Origin: Squalus acanthias
Taxonomy: Eukaryota
Assembly: GCA_030390025.1 (NCBI GenBank)
Contig: CM059432.1
Location: 93,250,001 to 93,314,000 of the forward strand
Length of the DNA: 64,000 bases
Direction: 5' to 3'
The notes below the pieces were generated by a model. It was not told the DNA's origin and did no database searches. It worked only from the letters and a program-made list of their open reading frames with translations. This document shows, piece by piece, positions 1-12,495 of this stretch (position 1 is the first letter of the stretch; the number at the start of each line of letters is the position of its first letter). A program made the translations under genes and the position numbers.

Positions 1-752
1 ACTCAATCACAGACTTTGGAAAAGATAAAACCACTTTAAGAGAGGCATTCATTGGCAACGCACTAAAATGACAATTCTAAAGTGAAAATTGAAAGCTTAT
101 TAAACACGCAAGGTCAGTACTTGAGCACTGTTTTTGAAACATTAATTTTAGCACTGCTATTTTATAGCATCTGTAGGATGTGACAGTTCACCCTTATACA
201 GTACAGGATACAAACAGAATTGTAGGCTGGAATTTTAACAGGAAAGAGTGAGTGGGTTCTAGAGTGGGTGGGTGGTTAAATGCGTTGAAATTGACAGCGA
301 GTCAGGAAGCCGGCTTCAACCCGCCGGTGTCCACATTTCACTCGAGCGCGTTCAGCTGTGAGCGAGAAACCCCCTCGGGAGAGGCGAGTTACCAATTTAA
401 AGCAATTAACAGCTAGTTAAGAGTCTATTAATAGCCTTTTTTACATGGGTTTTCAAGTTTAACTGTGTGTGCACGGGATTCCCGGGCTTCCTGGACCTCA
501 CCAGTAAAAGCAAGGTGAGAGCACAGCAGCAATTGAGGGGGGCTGAACAAATGGGAGGCAAAAAATCACATAAGTACTGAGACCTCACACCTGCTTCTTG
601 CCTAAGTGAAAGGCTTTTGCTCACAGCACCTGCTCTGAGAGTTTGCTGTCAGTACTTTGCAGGTGGTGTCTACAACATTGGAGATGACTTTCACTACTTT
701 GGAGGATTGTGCATCTGATCTCAACTTTACATCTGTCATATATCAGATCAGC

Positions 753-1890
753 ATGGGTGTCGCTTATGCTGTTTCACCCTGAACCTCAGATGAGAACCAA
801 GATGAGCACCAGCAGCAGCACCAGCAGCAGTCTTCTCCTCACTGACCTGCCGTTCCACAGGAGAGAGGCGATGAGCACAGGGGTGCAGCTCGCAGAAGGC
901 GATACCCCCAACACACAGGGTATACAGGCAGAGGATCAGCTTCTCGGACATGACTGAACAGCAGTGCCTCAGGTATCTCGTCAGGTCGTGGCAGACATTT
1001 GTAGCCTGCTGGAAGAAGACCTGCTGCCAAGTGGACCTGGTGGACACATGTTACCAGTGGCAGTCAGTGACCACCGCCCTCAACTTATTCGCATCAGGCT
1101 CCTTCCAGGGATCTGCAGGAGATATTTGCAGGATTTTGCAGTCGGCCGCCCACAAATGCATCACTCAGGAGACCGATGCCATGTTTGCCACTTTATGTAC
1201 ACTTTACCACCGATGAAGTCAGTCAGAATGAGCGGGCGCTCGGGTTTGCGGCTCTGGCTGGCTTCCCACAAGTGAAGGGCGTCATCGACTGCACACATGT
1301 GGCCATCAAGGCACCCCCAGATCACCCAGGAGTGTTTGTGAACCGTAAGGGCTTCCACTCCATCAATGTGCAGCTCGTCTCCAACCACAAAAAGATCATT
1401 CAGGTGTGTGCCAGATTCCCAGGGAGCTGTCATGATTCATTCATCCTGTGCCAGTCTACCCTCCCTCAGCTCTTCACACCTCCAATCAGACTTACTGGCT
1501 GGCTGCTTGGAGGCAAGGGATATCCACTGAAGACGTGGCTGATGACACCTTTGAGGAGGCCAAGCAATGAGGCCGAAGAGCACTACAATCAAAGCCACAT
1601 CACGACCAGATGTGTAATAGAGCAAGCAATTGGGATGCTGAAGATGCACTTCGGGTGCCTGGACAGATCTGGAGACCTTCATACGAACCAGCCAGGGTCT
1701 CCAGAATGATCATGGTGTGCTGCGCTCTGCACAACATAGCATAGCAGTGAGGACTGGGGCTGCAGGAGGAATAAGGCGCAGAGCCTCTTTGGAGGAAGAG
1801 GAGAAAGAGGAGGAACTTGATGTGGACACGGCACCAGCAGCGGCACACACTGCTGCCCGGGATGGCCTCATAATAGCACGATTTAGTTAG
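753..1890 (+). pseudogene. Harbinger (HARBI1-like, DDE_Tnp_4) transposase, frameshifted
   Basis: ORF 1176-1709 has [39 protein letters not shown] (D>G in the GDxGY motif) and [13 protein letters not shown]. The N-terminal part ([18 protein letters not shown]) is split over ORFs 950-1216 and 964-1275. In-frame stops near the 3' end. Start is approximate. Confidence 0.93.
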
Positions 1891-2179
1891 ATTGCACCAG
1901 TGCACCCATCTGGCACCCAGATGCTGAACCCACTTCCCCCCCCCCCCACCCCCCAGCACAAAGCAGTCCGACAATGACCAAACCATTGCTTTCACAGATA
2001 CCCATTGCTCGCAGTTAAGTCATGTCTTACCATTCATTACAAGTGATAAGGCCACTTGCCAGGCAGCAGGCAAAACTGGACAAGATGGGAAAGTGATGCA
2101 AAGAAATAATTTTATGTGCCTCAAATTTTAAACATAAACTTGACAGTGTAACATTGGCTAACACACCCATGTGCAACTA

Positions 2180-3966
2180 CTATTCTTTCATCTTCCTCTT
2201 CCTATCACTTTTACGTCGTGCAATCCCTGTGGCACCAGCTGAGGGGAGGCTGCTCACTCCCTGCTCTGACTGCTGAGATGCTCTTGGCTGACGTCCTCAG
2301 GGTTTTGGAGCCCATGAGGGCCCCGCCAAAGATTGCTTCACCTTCACCTGTGCAGGGGCAAACTCGGCCAATGCGACAGGAGGCAGCATGTGGGGCACTG
2401 ACTGGGGGAGCGGGGGGTGGTCAACGGGTGAGAAGTGGACGCGCTTTGAGCAGAATCCCCACTTCCATGTCCCCTTTCACCATCATCCCTCTCTTGGCCC
2501 ACCCACACTTCCGTACTAGCAATGAGCTGGAGAGCACTTTGCTACACATCAGTGGAAGGATGAATGGCCAAGGCTAGGTTTTGATCCATCCTAGTTAAGG
2601 TGGCATTCAGAGTGTGCAAAATGTTGGTGAGGGCAAGCATGCACTCATTTGACTGCTGCGTTCGATGCTCCATGCAGGTGACCACCCTTTCCATGGACGA
2701 ACACATCACAGCTAAGACCTGCGACATCTTGCCAGTCATGCTTGAGATGGACTCCTCCATTCTCTCTGCAAGCGTGCACATCACGGCTGGAAATTCTGCC
2801 AGAGCCTCACGCATTTTTTGCTGCTCCTCCAGAATCATCCTCTTTGTCAACGGCCCCCAAGGTTCAGCATCTTCGTCCAGCTGAGCAGAGCTTGGAGCGT
2901 CCTGCGCCCTCCGACGAGGACTCTCCACTGCTGTTCCTGTATCAACCATCTGCTCTTGCTCACTTGTGATATGTGAGACACCAGGTGACAACACTACTCT
3001 ATCTCTCACAGGACTCTCGACGTGTGTGTATCTGCGCTGGAGCTTGGTGTGCATGTGTTCTGTGACTGTGCACCCTCAGAGTTAGCAACCTCCTCTGAGG
3101 AGTCATCGTTCCCCTCCGGCACCACCTCCTGTGGGACACTTGATGGGCCTGTGGGAGATTAAAGACATGAATTAGAACTGTCATGATAAGAAGGTTTTAA
3201 GTGAACATTATGCACATGATCATATTTCACTGGCTACTGACATCAAGTCAACGTGAGAGACTGTTATATGTCATGTGGCTGTGTAAGATTTAAATCTGTC
3301 ACCAGGTATCTGGGAGCTCCCCGTCTCTCCACCTCCCACCGCCATGAACACTGAAACTCCAGTTAGCTCCAGTGCCTCCTCCTCTGCAGCAGTCAGTGTG
3401 GCAATGACTGGAGGGCCACCTCCTGTTCTCTGCCTCTCCCGGCTGTTCTGCACTCTCTTCTCCTGCAAGGAGGAAAACAAGAGACCTTTGAGTGAGAGTC
3501 ATGGAATGAGTGGAACGGATGGACGGGCAACATCTGTAGAGGGTGACTACGAGGGAGAGGTGCGACATTGCATTAAGATGAGGGTGCGTGCCAGTGGTGG
3601 ATGGTCAGATGGGGACGTGAGTAGTTGCATAAACAGAGAGGGATGAGTGCACCTGCAAGGTACGTTGATGTGAGGAGTAGGCTTGGGAAGCCAGAGTGAG
3701 GGGGTTGGGTGACCGGATGCAGTTGAATGTAGCATTGAACTCACCTTTCCTATCCTCATCAGGTCATTAATTCTCTTCCTGCATTGTATCCAAGACCGTG
3801 CCACCACATTCCTGCTGCTCACCTCCGCTGCAATCTCCAGCCATGCCTTCTTGGTCTCTGAGGCTGGATTCTTCCTCCCGTCAGCAGGGAATATCACCTC
3901 CCTGCGGGCCCCAACACCTTGCAACAGGAGGTCCAGGGAGGCAGCTTTTGTACGTTGCAACTCCAT
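2180..3966 (-). pseudogene. Harbinger Myb/SANT-like DNA-binding partner gene, 3 exons (3966-3745, 3462-3303, 3148-~2180)
   Basis: Exon 1 LLLQGVGARREVIF..KKAWLEIAAEVSS..RSWIQCRKRINDL ends AAG|gtgagt. Exon 2 follows ttttcctccttgcag and encodes EKRVQNSRERQRTGGGPP. Exon 3 follows tctcccacag in compatible phase 1 and has at least one frameshift. Confidence 0.88.
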
Positions 3967-4588
3967 TTTTCTCTCCCAGCAATCTTTCTGCCACCTCCAC
4001 AAACCTTCAGCTGTCATCTTTGCAGTGCTCCTTTAAATACCTCAGCTGAATTGGACCCGTGCGTGATGTCATCACGCCCACTCGCGTTAATTGGTCGGGA
4101 AACCTGGAAGTCAGATGCAAATGCAGTGACTTCGTTAAAAAGCCATTGACAAACACGCCGCTGAAACTTCCGTGTTCCCCACACGATCCAGGGCTCCCCC
4201 GCTGCCAGCACGTCAGGCAGTGAAAATTCCGGCTGTAGTGTCAGGTTTCATAAAAAAGTAGCAGTACACTTTCAAAGAAATGAGTTACCATAATTTCATT
4301 AAATAGTCTGTTTACTGGCAGTTTAAAAAAAAAGATATGCTTGACACAATACAGCCTTCAGTTCCACGTCATTGACCCAGGCTACCGTACACTACACCCA
4401 TTCATACCATCTGCCAATAGTGCACACTCATATTCTCTTCCACTCACATATACATGGGAAGGCTTAATAAATTCCACTGCCATCTGCTTACTTGAAAAAA
4501 ACAGGAATCCTTCTGGTTTGTCACAAACAAAACTCAAGACCGTTGACACAAATCCCCCTAATTAGTGAGCTTCAGGTTTTTTTGTGTC

Positions 4589-5013
4589 TAGAATAGAATA
4601 GAATCATAGAATGATTACAGCACAGGAGGCCATTCGGCCCGTCGAGCCCGTGCCGGCTCTCTGCAAGAGCACTTCAGCTAGTCCCACTCCCCCGCCCTTT
4701 CCCCACACCCCTGCAAATGTTTTTCCTTCAGGTACTTATCCAATTCCCTTTTGAAAGCCACGACTGAATCTGCCTCCACCACCCTTTCAGACAGTGCATT
4801 CCAGACCAGATCATAACCACTCGCTGCGTAAAATTTTTTTTCCTCATGTTGCCTTTGGTTCTTCTGCCAATCACCTTAAATCTGTGTCCTCTGGTTCTCG
4901 ACCCTTCCGCCAATGGGAACAGTTTCTCTCTATCTACTCTGTCTAGACCCCTCATGATTTTGAACACCTCTGTCAAATCTCCTCTCAATCTTCTCTGCTC
5001 TAAGGAGAACAAC
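4589..5013 (-). mobile_element. CR1-type LINE 3' fragment
   Basis: LFSLEQRRLRGDLTEVFKIMRGLDRVD..RTRGHRFK C-terminal ORF2 motif and a (ttcta)n tail. Confidence 0.92.
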
Positions 5014-7954
5014 CCTTTTAGTCTTTCCTGGTCCATATGGTTCAGGAGCACACCTAGGGCTGCATTTAGCCAGAAATACATTTGCTTTCCCTCCTTTTTT
5101 CAATTGTTGCTCTCTGTGCACTATTCCCTAGTTGATAGAGAAGGAGGAGGACCTCCTTTTATGCCTTTGATGCTCCACAGCCAGCTGTTAGGAGGTGCAA
5201 GAGAGTGGACTAAGTTAACCTGCACAGTGATTTTCCTTCATTCTTATTGGGAAAGCCTCTGAGCTCCACCCTGGCACTACGAGGAAAGGCTGAAACTTGT
5301 GGGCAATCGTGGGCACAAACTCACACTGAGGTGTAGTGTTTTAAAGCAATGCCTATGACTTATTCAGTCATGCTCACTTTTCAGATAAATTGTGCATTCT
5401 ACACCTAAACTGCATGTATGTGTCTGGTGTGTCACAGTTTAGGGCAAGAGGTGGAAGAAATATTGACCAGATCCTGCAGATCACCATGGTAACCTCATTT
5501 ATACGCCCATGGAAAACATGCAAGAGAAGCTTCATTATAGATTCCCTGCTACATTGCTCACTCCACATGGGAATCCAGTTTTTCTTCTGAATAACAAACT
5601 ATTTGACAAGTTTGACAGAATTATAAATTAAATTTCAAGTTCGCTGTATTTAATTGCCTAAAAAAAATTCACTGCCAATTAATTTTGTTGCTGTAAATTT
5701 CTATCCTCACTTCCTGCAGAAATTCTGCATTATACATTATTGAAAAAAGAGACTTCTTTTCATGTGTCCTGCAGTTATGAATCATAATCCAAAGCACTGC
5801 AGCAGTTGGCACCTAAAAGGAATTCATCGACTGCACAACAGAGTAAATTAGATGTATTCAAACAATGAGGGTCAGAGGTCAGTCAGAGACGCATAGTGCG
5901 AAGCTGACAAAATGTCCCACAAAATGTTTCTCTATTTTGCCAAATATGATCTTCAACCCACAGCTTCAAGAACACTTTATGCTGCCTGTTGAAATTTAAC
6001 TAAATGGGTTTTCCAGTAATGTTAACAAGTCTGCCAACTCCCACACAGCAATAGTTTCTCTCTTTGTCAGAAAAAAAGCTGCCCAAGTACACCACGGTCT
6101 GACAGAAATAGAACACCGAAAAATGGCTGCAATCTGACTCACTAACATATCGCAATCAACTGCTTGTTAATCGGATTCATAGGAAGCAACTACAAGGTGC
6201 TGGAACATCACCCTGGTGACTCTGAGTGCAATATTTCAGGGCAAGGAAACTTCCAACATTCAACTCTCTTTCTGCACCAGTATTAGAACTCTTCAGACTG
6301 GCACTAGCAGGAGTTGCAATTCTGAATAAAGTAGCACTTGCAACATTTCCTCAAGAGCAGACACAACCGAATCACAGACACTAGATCCCGACTGACATCT
6401 GCAATTCCCCACACTGAATTCCTGTTTTCAGTCACACCATCAGAGGAGATGACAGCTGAAGGCCAGACTATTCCCCAAAGGGAGGCAGAATACAATCAGG
6501 AGGCACATCATCCCAGGCCACACTGAGGCCACCTGGCAACAGGTCACCTCCCTGTCCTCTCAGTGAGGCTAACAGTGCTGTTAACAATGAAACATCAGGA
6601 GGGCAGGACAGAAAATCTGAAATAACTACTTTTTTTTAATAAAAGGGAAGAGAGTCAGGTTCATGAGAATTCCTGCTGCCACATTTACCGGTGTAGACAA
6701 TTTTTTCCCCTATATATTATCTTAAAATAAGAAACCAAAAAAATAAATAAAACAGAAATAAAAATAGATAGGGATAACTGATCAGCTGGAGGCAGTGTTA
6801 ATTCTCAAGGACAAGGCTGGTGACATTAAGCCATAAACACCTCTCAAAACAGTCACAGGCTGCAGAGTAACCAATAAAGAGACAAAACACTGGTCTTGTG
6901 TTAAAAAGTCATGGTTTATTTATTAATAGAATCCTCCCTGAACTTTAATGATTCTACAGTTCTGCACAGCATGTGTTTGACGTGTGGGCAGCAGTCAGCT
7001 ACATACAAACATACCAGTATGTATGATGTGAGTGTGTGTCTGTTTGTGCACAAGTTTCACATCAAGTGAACACGATACAAACAACAAACAGACCTTGTTG
7101 GTGTCTGACAGTGATGAAAACACACATGTGCACAGCTCAGTAATCCTAATGAGTTCATCTTCCTAGCTGTCCAAAGTAGATGACATAATAGTCACTGCTG
7201 GCTGCTTTAATCCTTTCATGCAAACTAATGGAGCGTCGATCAATTTGACACAAATAAACTCCAACATTTTGTGCTATTCAACTGGGTTTGAACTTGGCTT
7301 TTGAACTCCCTCCGTTATGTGAACAGAAAGGTATTTTTGGTTCCAACACCACGTTTCACTCCACATTACAAAGATAAAGAAAATCCAGCAGTTATTTTAA
7401 AGAACATTTTTCATGTAATAAAAATAGAAATCAATGTGGAAATGGCATTGTTAGTATAGAGGGTTTATGACCAGACTATATGGTCCAGGGGTATGAGAGT
7501 AATTGAAAAGCTGAACAATATTTATTCTGTAATATGTTTTGTGAAGCTCTTGAAGGGTTGTTTGATTTTGTTAAGGGTCCTTTTTTTGCTGACAATTGGC
7601 TGCTAAGGCACGTCCTCTGTGCAGCTGAAGGATTGTTGATCATTGCAAGCTTATCGAGTGATAATCGATGACTGATGCCTGGGAAATATCAGGATCTGTG
7701 CCGATTACATAGAAAATAAGAAGTGGCAGCCAGTGTATTGAAGGCTGGAACACAATCGAGGGGTTTGGATAGCATCAGAAATCTAAAGCGTGACGCTTGG
7801 GTGATTTCCACAGCCCTTCAAATGGCAAGATCATATTTCAGCTAAAAAAATGTCCATAGGCCTCTGCCAAGCATCTGTGTATCAGATGAATGCAATCTGT
7901 AACTTCCAAGCAAACCGGTTCTTCACAATTGGGTTCCGATGAAGAGTTACGCCC

Positions 7955-8545
7955 AAAGGTGGGAAAATGTTCCACGGATATCCTTCACCTTAATGGGCAC
8001 AAGAAGACCCACCAAAATAATTTTTAATAGCTTTCCTTAAAGATAAGACAGTTGTGAAGAAATATAAAGAAAAAAACTGCAAATTCTTTGAGAAGAAAGA
8101 ATTATAGTGCCTTTCACATCCTCAGGATATCCCAAAGCGCTTTACCTGTCTCTTATCTCTTTACAGATGCTGACATTTCCAGCATTACTTGTTTTTGTTT
8201 CCTGGCCAACATTTATCGCTCAACCAACACCACCAAAACAGATTACCTTGTCATTTATTTCATTGCTGTTTGTGGGATCTTGCTATACGCAAATTGGCTG
8301 TCACGTTTCCTACAGTACAACAGTGACTGCACTTCAAAAGTACTTCATTGGCTGTAAAGCACATTGGGACATCCTGAGGATGTGAAAGGCGTTATAATTC
8401 TTTTCCGAGAAATTTGCAGTTTTATTCTTTATATTTCTTCACAACTGTCTTATATTTTAAGAACAGCTTTTAATAATTCTTTTGGGAGGAATTTCTTGTG
8501 CTCATGATGGTCAAGTATGTCAGAATGGAACATTTTTCCACCTTT
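7955..8545. repeat. Local inverted duplication: ~190-bp arms (7955-8145, 8354-8545), ~210-bp spacer
   Basis: aaaggtgggaaaatgttcc...taagacagttgtgaagaaatataaa...cctttcacatcctcaggat is mirrored by atcctgaggatgtgaaagg...tttatatttcttcacaactgtctta...ggaacatttttccaccttt. Confidence 0.88.
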
Positions 8546-9016
8546 CCATCATCATCATAAATACATTTGAAATCTTCCTCCTCTCAAGCCACTCACACAT
8601 GCTGATGTACAGTTCTACGGGCGATGTCCACAGTTGTCAAACTCTCCCATGTTGTCGTTTCTACTGAATGGTGCCGGCAGAATCTATTGTCGCCACATAA
8701 GAAGTTCCTCCAGTGGTAGTAAATTAGCACCAGCCAATTCAAATCTTCTGTGATCTAGGGAGCTGACCATGGCTCCTTAGAGCATGGGAAATTCCAACTG
8801 GCCAATAAAACAGCTTTTAAACGTGCTGGCAACAAGTTCCGGCAACATGCCTGTCCCAGTTGCCGCTGCTGCTTGAATGCATTTGCAGCCGGTCGAATCA
8901 GCTGATCCGAACGTACGGCACTCCGCAGGCTAGGGTTGCCAACTCTGGTTGGATGTAGTCCTGGAGGCTTGATCACGTGACATTTGCCAACCGTTTGCAA
9001 ATGTTATTGCATTTAC

Positions 9017-9078
9017 CTTATAAAGGCTGGGTCCCCGGTAGTTGAGCGCCTTTGCTTGCGGTTTCTTTCTTCTTAAAC
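9017..9078 (-). other. Candidate 62-nt exon of an unidentified transcript
   Basis: ttaattacag acceptor and AAG|gtaaat donor. Open as GLRRKKPQAKALNYRGPSLYK (phase 1), or terminates as FKKKETASKGAQLPGTQPL* (phase 2). Confidence 0.35.
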
Positions 9079-9169
9079 CTGTAATTAAGTTGGCTTCTTG
9101 TTGCTTTTAACAACTCTGGAGACCACCACAACCACAAGCCATTTTCCTGGGCCAGGGTTATTTCCTATG

Positions 9170-9774
9170 CAGGAGAGGCTGGGTATTCTGCGGCGAATGT
9201 CTCACCTCCTGACTCCCCAAAGCCTTTCCACCATCTACAAGGCACAAGTAAGGAGTGTGATGGAATACTCTCCACTTGCCTGGATGAGTGCAGCTCCAAC
9301 AACACTCAAGAAGCTCGACATCATCCAGGACAAAGCAGCCCGCTTGATTGGCACCCCATCCACCACCTTAAACATTCACTCCCTCCACCACCGGCGTACC
9401 GTGGCTGCAGTGTGTACCATCTACAAGATGCACTGCAGCAACTTGCCAAGGTTTCTTCGGCAGCACCTCCCAAACCCACGACCTCTTCCACCTAGAAGGA
9501 CAAGGGCAGCATGCGCATGGGAACACCACCACCTCCAAGTTCCCCTCCAAGTTACACACCATCCTGACTTGGAAGTATATCGCCGTTCCTTCATCGTCGT
9601 TGAGTCAAAATCCTGGAACTCCCTCCCGAACAGCACTGTGGGAGTACCTTCACCACATGGACTGCAGCGGTTCAAGGCGGCAGCTCACCACCACCTTCTC
9701 AAGGGCAGTTAGGGATGGGCAATAAATGCTGGCCTTGCCAGCGACGCCCACATCCCAGGAACGAATAAAAAAAA
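9170..9774 (+). mobile_element. CR1/L2-group LINE ('family B') 3' fragment
   Basis: RLGILRR..YKAQVRSVMEYSPLAW..LDIIQDKAARLI post-RT region; 3' end gggcaataaatgctggccttgccagcgacgcccacatccc followed by an A-tail. Confidence 0.9.
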
Positions 9775-9775
9775 T

Positions 9776-10057
9776 ATCTGCGCTCCTCCAATTCTGGCCT
9801 GTTGAGCATCACCGATTTTAATCCCTCCACCATTGGTGACCGTGTCTTCAGCTGCCTAGGCACTCAGCTCTGGAATTCCCTCCCTAAACCTCTCTGTCTC
9901 TCTTTCCGCCTTTAAGATGCTCCTTAAAACCTACCTCTTTCTGCCCTAATATCTCATGTGGCTCGGTGTCAAATTTTATTTGATAATCGCTCCTGTGAAG
10001 TGCCTTGGGACGTTTTACTACGTTAAAGATGCTATATAAATACAAGTTGTTGTTGTT
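9776..10057 (+). mobile_element. L2 LINE 3' end
   Basis: ttcagctgcctagg..ctctggaattccctccc..ccttaaaacctacctcttt..gctatataaatacaag(ttg)n tail, shared with other copies in the window. Confidence 0.85.
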
Positions 10058-10183
10058 CGTAAGGATGTCCCCAGACAGGTTTTGAAGTTGAGGAGAGAAA
10101 GTCAAGCTGAGGGGCTTGGGAAGAAAATGCATTGAAAACAGTGAGTTAAAATAGTATCAGAAGTTATTGTAATTTGCAGTGTA

Positions 10184-10566
10184 CAGGTTGAGCATCCAAA
10201 ATCCGGAGTTCCGGAATCCGGAATGTTCCGGAATCCAGACTTCGGGACGATTAGTGGCAGGGTCGTCCGGAATCCGTAAAATGTTCCGGAATCCGGACAC
10301 CCTGTCAAACCGTTTCAAAAGAAGCTAGGACTACAAGGCCTGCGAGGAGAAGAACTGCAAGGTGACGTCCAAAAAACGGAAATAACGCAACCTGGGCCCA
10401 GGCATTTCCGGACTTGGAACGTGTTTCTGATGTCCGAAGTCCGGAAACGCCCAAGCCGCGATATTTCCGGACTTCGGACATCAGAAACACGTTCCGAAGT
10501 CCGGAAAAACACGAAAACCGGCTCGGCCTCGGTCCTGAGGTTGCCAGATTCAGGACGCTCAACCTG
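10184..10566. mobile_element. Tc1/mariner (pogo/Tigger-like) MITE
   Basis: TIRs caggttgagcatcc / ggacgctcaacctg, with TA on both sides (10182-10183, 10567-10568). The interior is built of tccgga-containing repeats. Confidence 0.88.
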
Positions 10567-11599
10567 TATTTCTAAAACAGTGGTTCTAAACTAACTTGGG
10601 CCCAGATGCACATGCGCACCCCAGAGGGTCAGTTATCACCGTGGCTACAACTAGAGACTCCATGGCTGAGGCGCCCGAACCACAAACTCTAATTCACTAT
10701 TTTCCCCTATGTTGCTTGCAGGTTAACCTTGGATTCCTGGACACTCCAGGACAATTCGGCAGGGTTGGCAACCTTAGTGACAGCCATAGCATGTAGGTTC
10801 AATTGTGCAATTCCCCAAACCATTAACTGCCAATCTCAACTGTGTGGTCTTGGCGAGGCATTGAACAGTGGTCGCATGGAAGGATCGAAAATCAGCAGGA
10901 GTCACTTCAGACTATTTTTGTACATTATCTATCAGTTGGTGGTGTAGGCCGAGGCCTGGTAATAGATTAGCCACTCATGCAGCTTCTTAGGAATATTGCA
11001 AAGAGGCTACCAAGAAGGGAAGCAGAAAAAAACTAAAAATACCTTGAAAAGCTTTTTGTTAAATGACCAGATGCACACTACAGTATATGTGTAAATTCCA
11101 AGCAGTATATAATGTCATTCAAATCACTTGGTACAATATTGCTTCAGTTGAAGTCATGCGATTTTTATCATGTAAGGCAATCATCCAACATGGTTTGTTG
11201 TGATCCCCACTGCCAGCAAAAAAAAACTCTTGCGAAAGCTTAACGAATAGTCTTCCACAAACTCCACCTACATACGTTTTTCGGGCCTGAAACTGTGCTC
11301 CCATCTAGAACTACTGTTAGAAAGCAATACCTCTGCTAATTCTGCACTATGCTAATCTTTCTGACACTACCGGCCGAGTAAATACATCAAAGGAATGTTA
11401 AGAAATAAACTTCAGTAAATGTCCAAAGAACATAGGTTTGTAAGTAAGCACGTAACAAGAAAAGGTCACGCAGTCTGTTAAACCCATTCCTTCTACAGAC
11501 TTTGAGCAATCTAACCTATCGTGGACCTAGAATCTCCTGAGGGCAAGGTCTGCATAAATACTACCCGATCCCCAAAGGCAATCCAGAAGAACTCCAGAA

Positions 11600-11698
11600 T
11601 AACAACAGAAAATGCTGGAAAAACTCAGCAGGCCAGGCAGCATCCGTGGAGAGAGAAACAGAGTTAACGTTTCAGGTCGAAGACCTTTCGTCAGAACC
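11600..11698 (-). mobile_element. Penelope-like short repeat with minimal hammerhead ribozyme core (11662-11698)
   Basis: Minus strand reads ggtt-CTGACGA-a-aggtc-ttc-gacct-GAAA-cg-TT-aact. Confidence 0.8.
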
Positions 11699-12060
11699 AG
11701 AATATTCAGCCATCCTCGTATCTACTATTCACCCCTGGCTTCCCCAACCCTGCAGCTTAAGAATCACACTGTCCCATGGAGTATTTGATCCTCTCAATTT
11801 CTGCATAACCATATAAGCTCCAATTACTGGCACTTCTCTCTCTATCTCATCCTAGATCAGCATTTACAAAGTTTTATGTATGGGGAACTCTGCAAATGCT
11901 GGTACACTCCTTGTCCTGAAACCTACTAAAGCCTACAATGTAAATACAATGTGCACCAACCAATCTGTAAATAAATAACAGTATAAATAAAATTCTCATT
12001 ATTAAAAGATTTATACTGTTATTTATCTACAGAAGTATTCAATAAATATCATCTTCTAAT

Positions 12061-12495
12061 CATAGAAACATAGAAACATAGAATCTAGGAGCAGGAGTAG
12101 GCCATTCGGCCCGTCGAGCCTGCTCCACCATTCAATACGATCATGGCTGATCATTCAAATCCAGTACCCTGTCCCTGCTTTAATCCCCACAGTACACATA
12201 TCCCAGCCTACCCCCCGTAACCCCACGTATTTAATTCCCCCTAACATATCCCATCCTATCCCCATAACCCCACATATTTAATCCCCCCCTAACACTAAGG
12301 GTCAATTTATCATAGCCAAATCAACCTAACCCGCACATTTTTGGACTGTGGGAGGAAACCGGAGCACCCGGAGGAAACCCACGCAGACACAGGGAGAATG
12401 TGCAAACTCCACACAGACAGTCACCCGAGGTCAGATTCGAACCTGGGTCCCTGGCGCTGTGAGGCACCAGTGCTAACCACTATGCCACCGTGTTG
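12061..12495 (-). mobile_element. HE1-type V-SINE with CR1-derived 3' tail
   Basis: V-domain tgtgggaggaaaccggagcacccggaggaaacccacgcagacac..tgcaaactccacacagacag; tRNA head with box B (ggttcgaatc on minus); CR1-like tail with (catagaaa)n. Confidence 0.88.

Larger units (their letters stand above)
225..4234. mobile_element. Full-length, decayed PIF/Harbinger DNA transposon
   Basis: Left end ggctggaattttaac (225-239) matches the reverse complement of the right end (agccggaattttcac, 4220-4234) at 12/15. GTA flanks both ends (222-224, 4235-4237). It encloses convergent transposase and Myb/SANT genes. Confidence 0.92.

Noticed and set aside
1176..1709. Host HARBI1 gene
   Set aside because: It is frameshifted, has a catalytic-motif substitution and lies within TIRs and a TSD, so it is a transposon copy.
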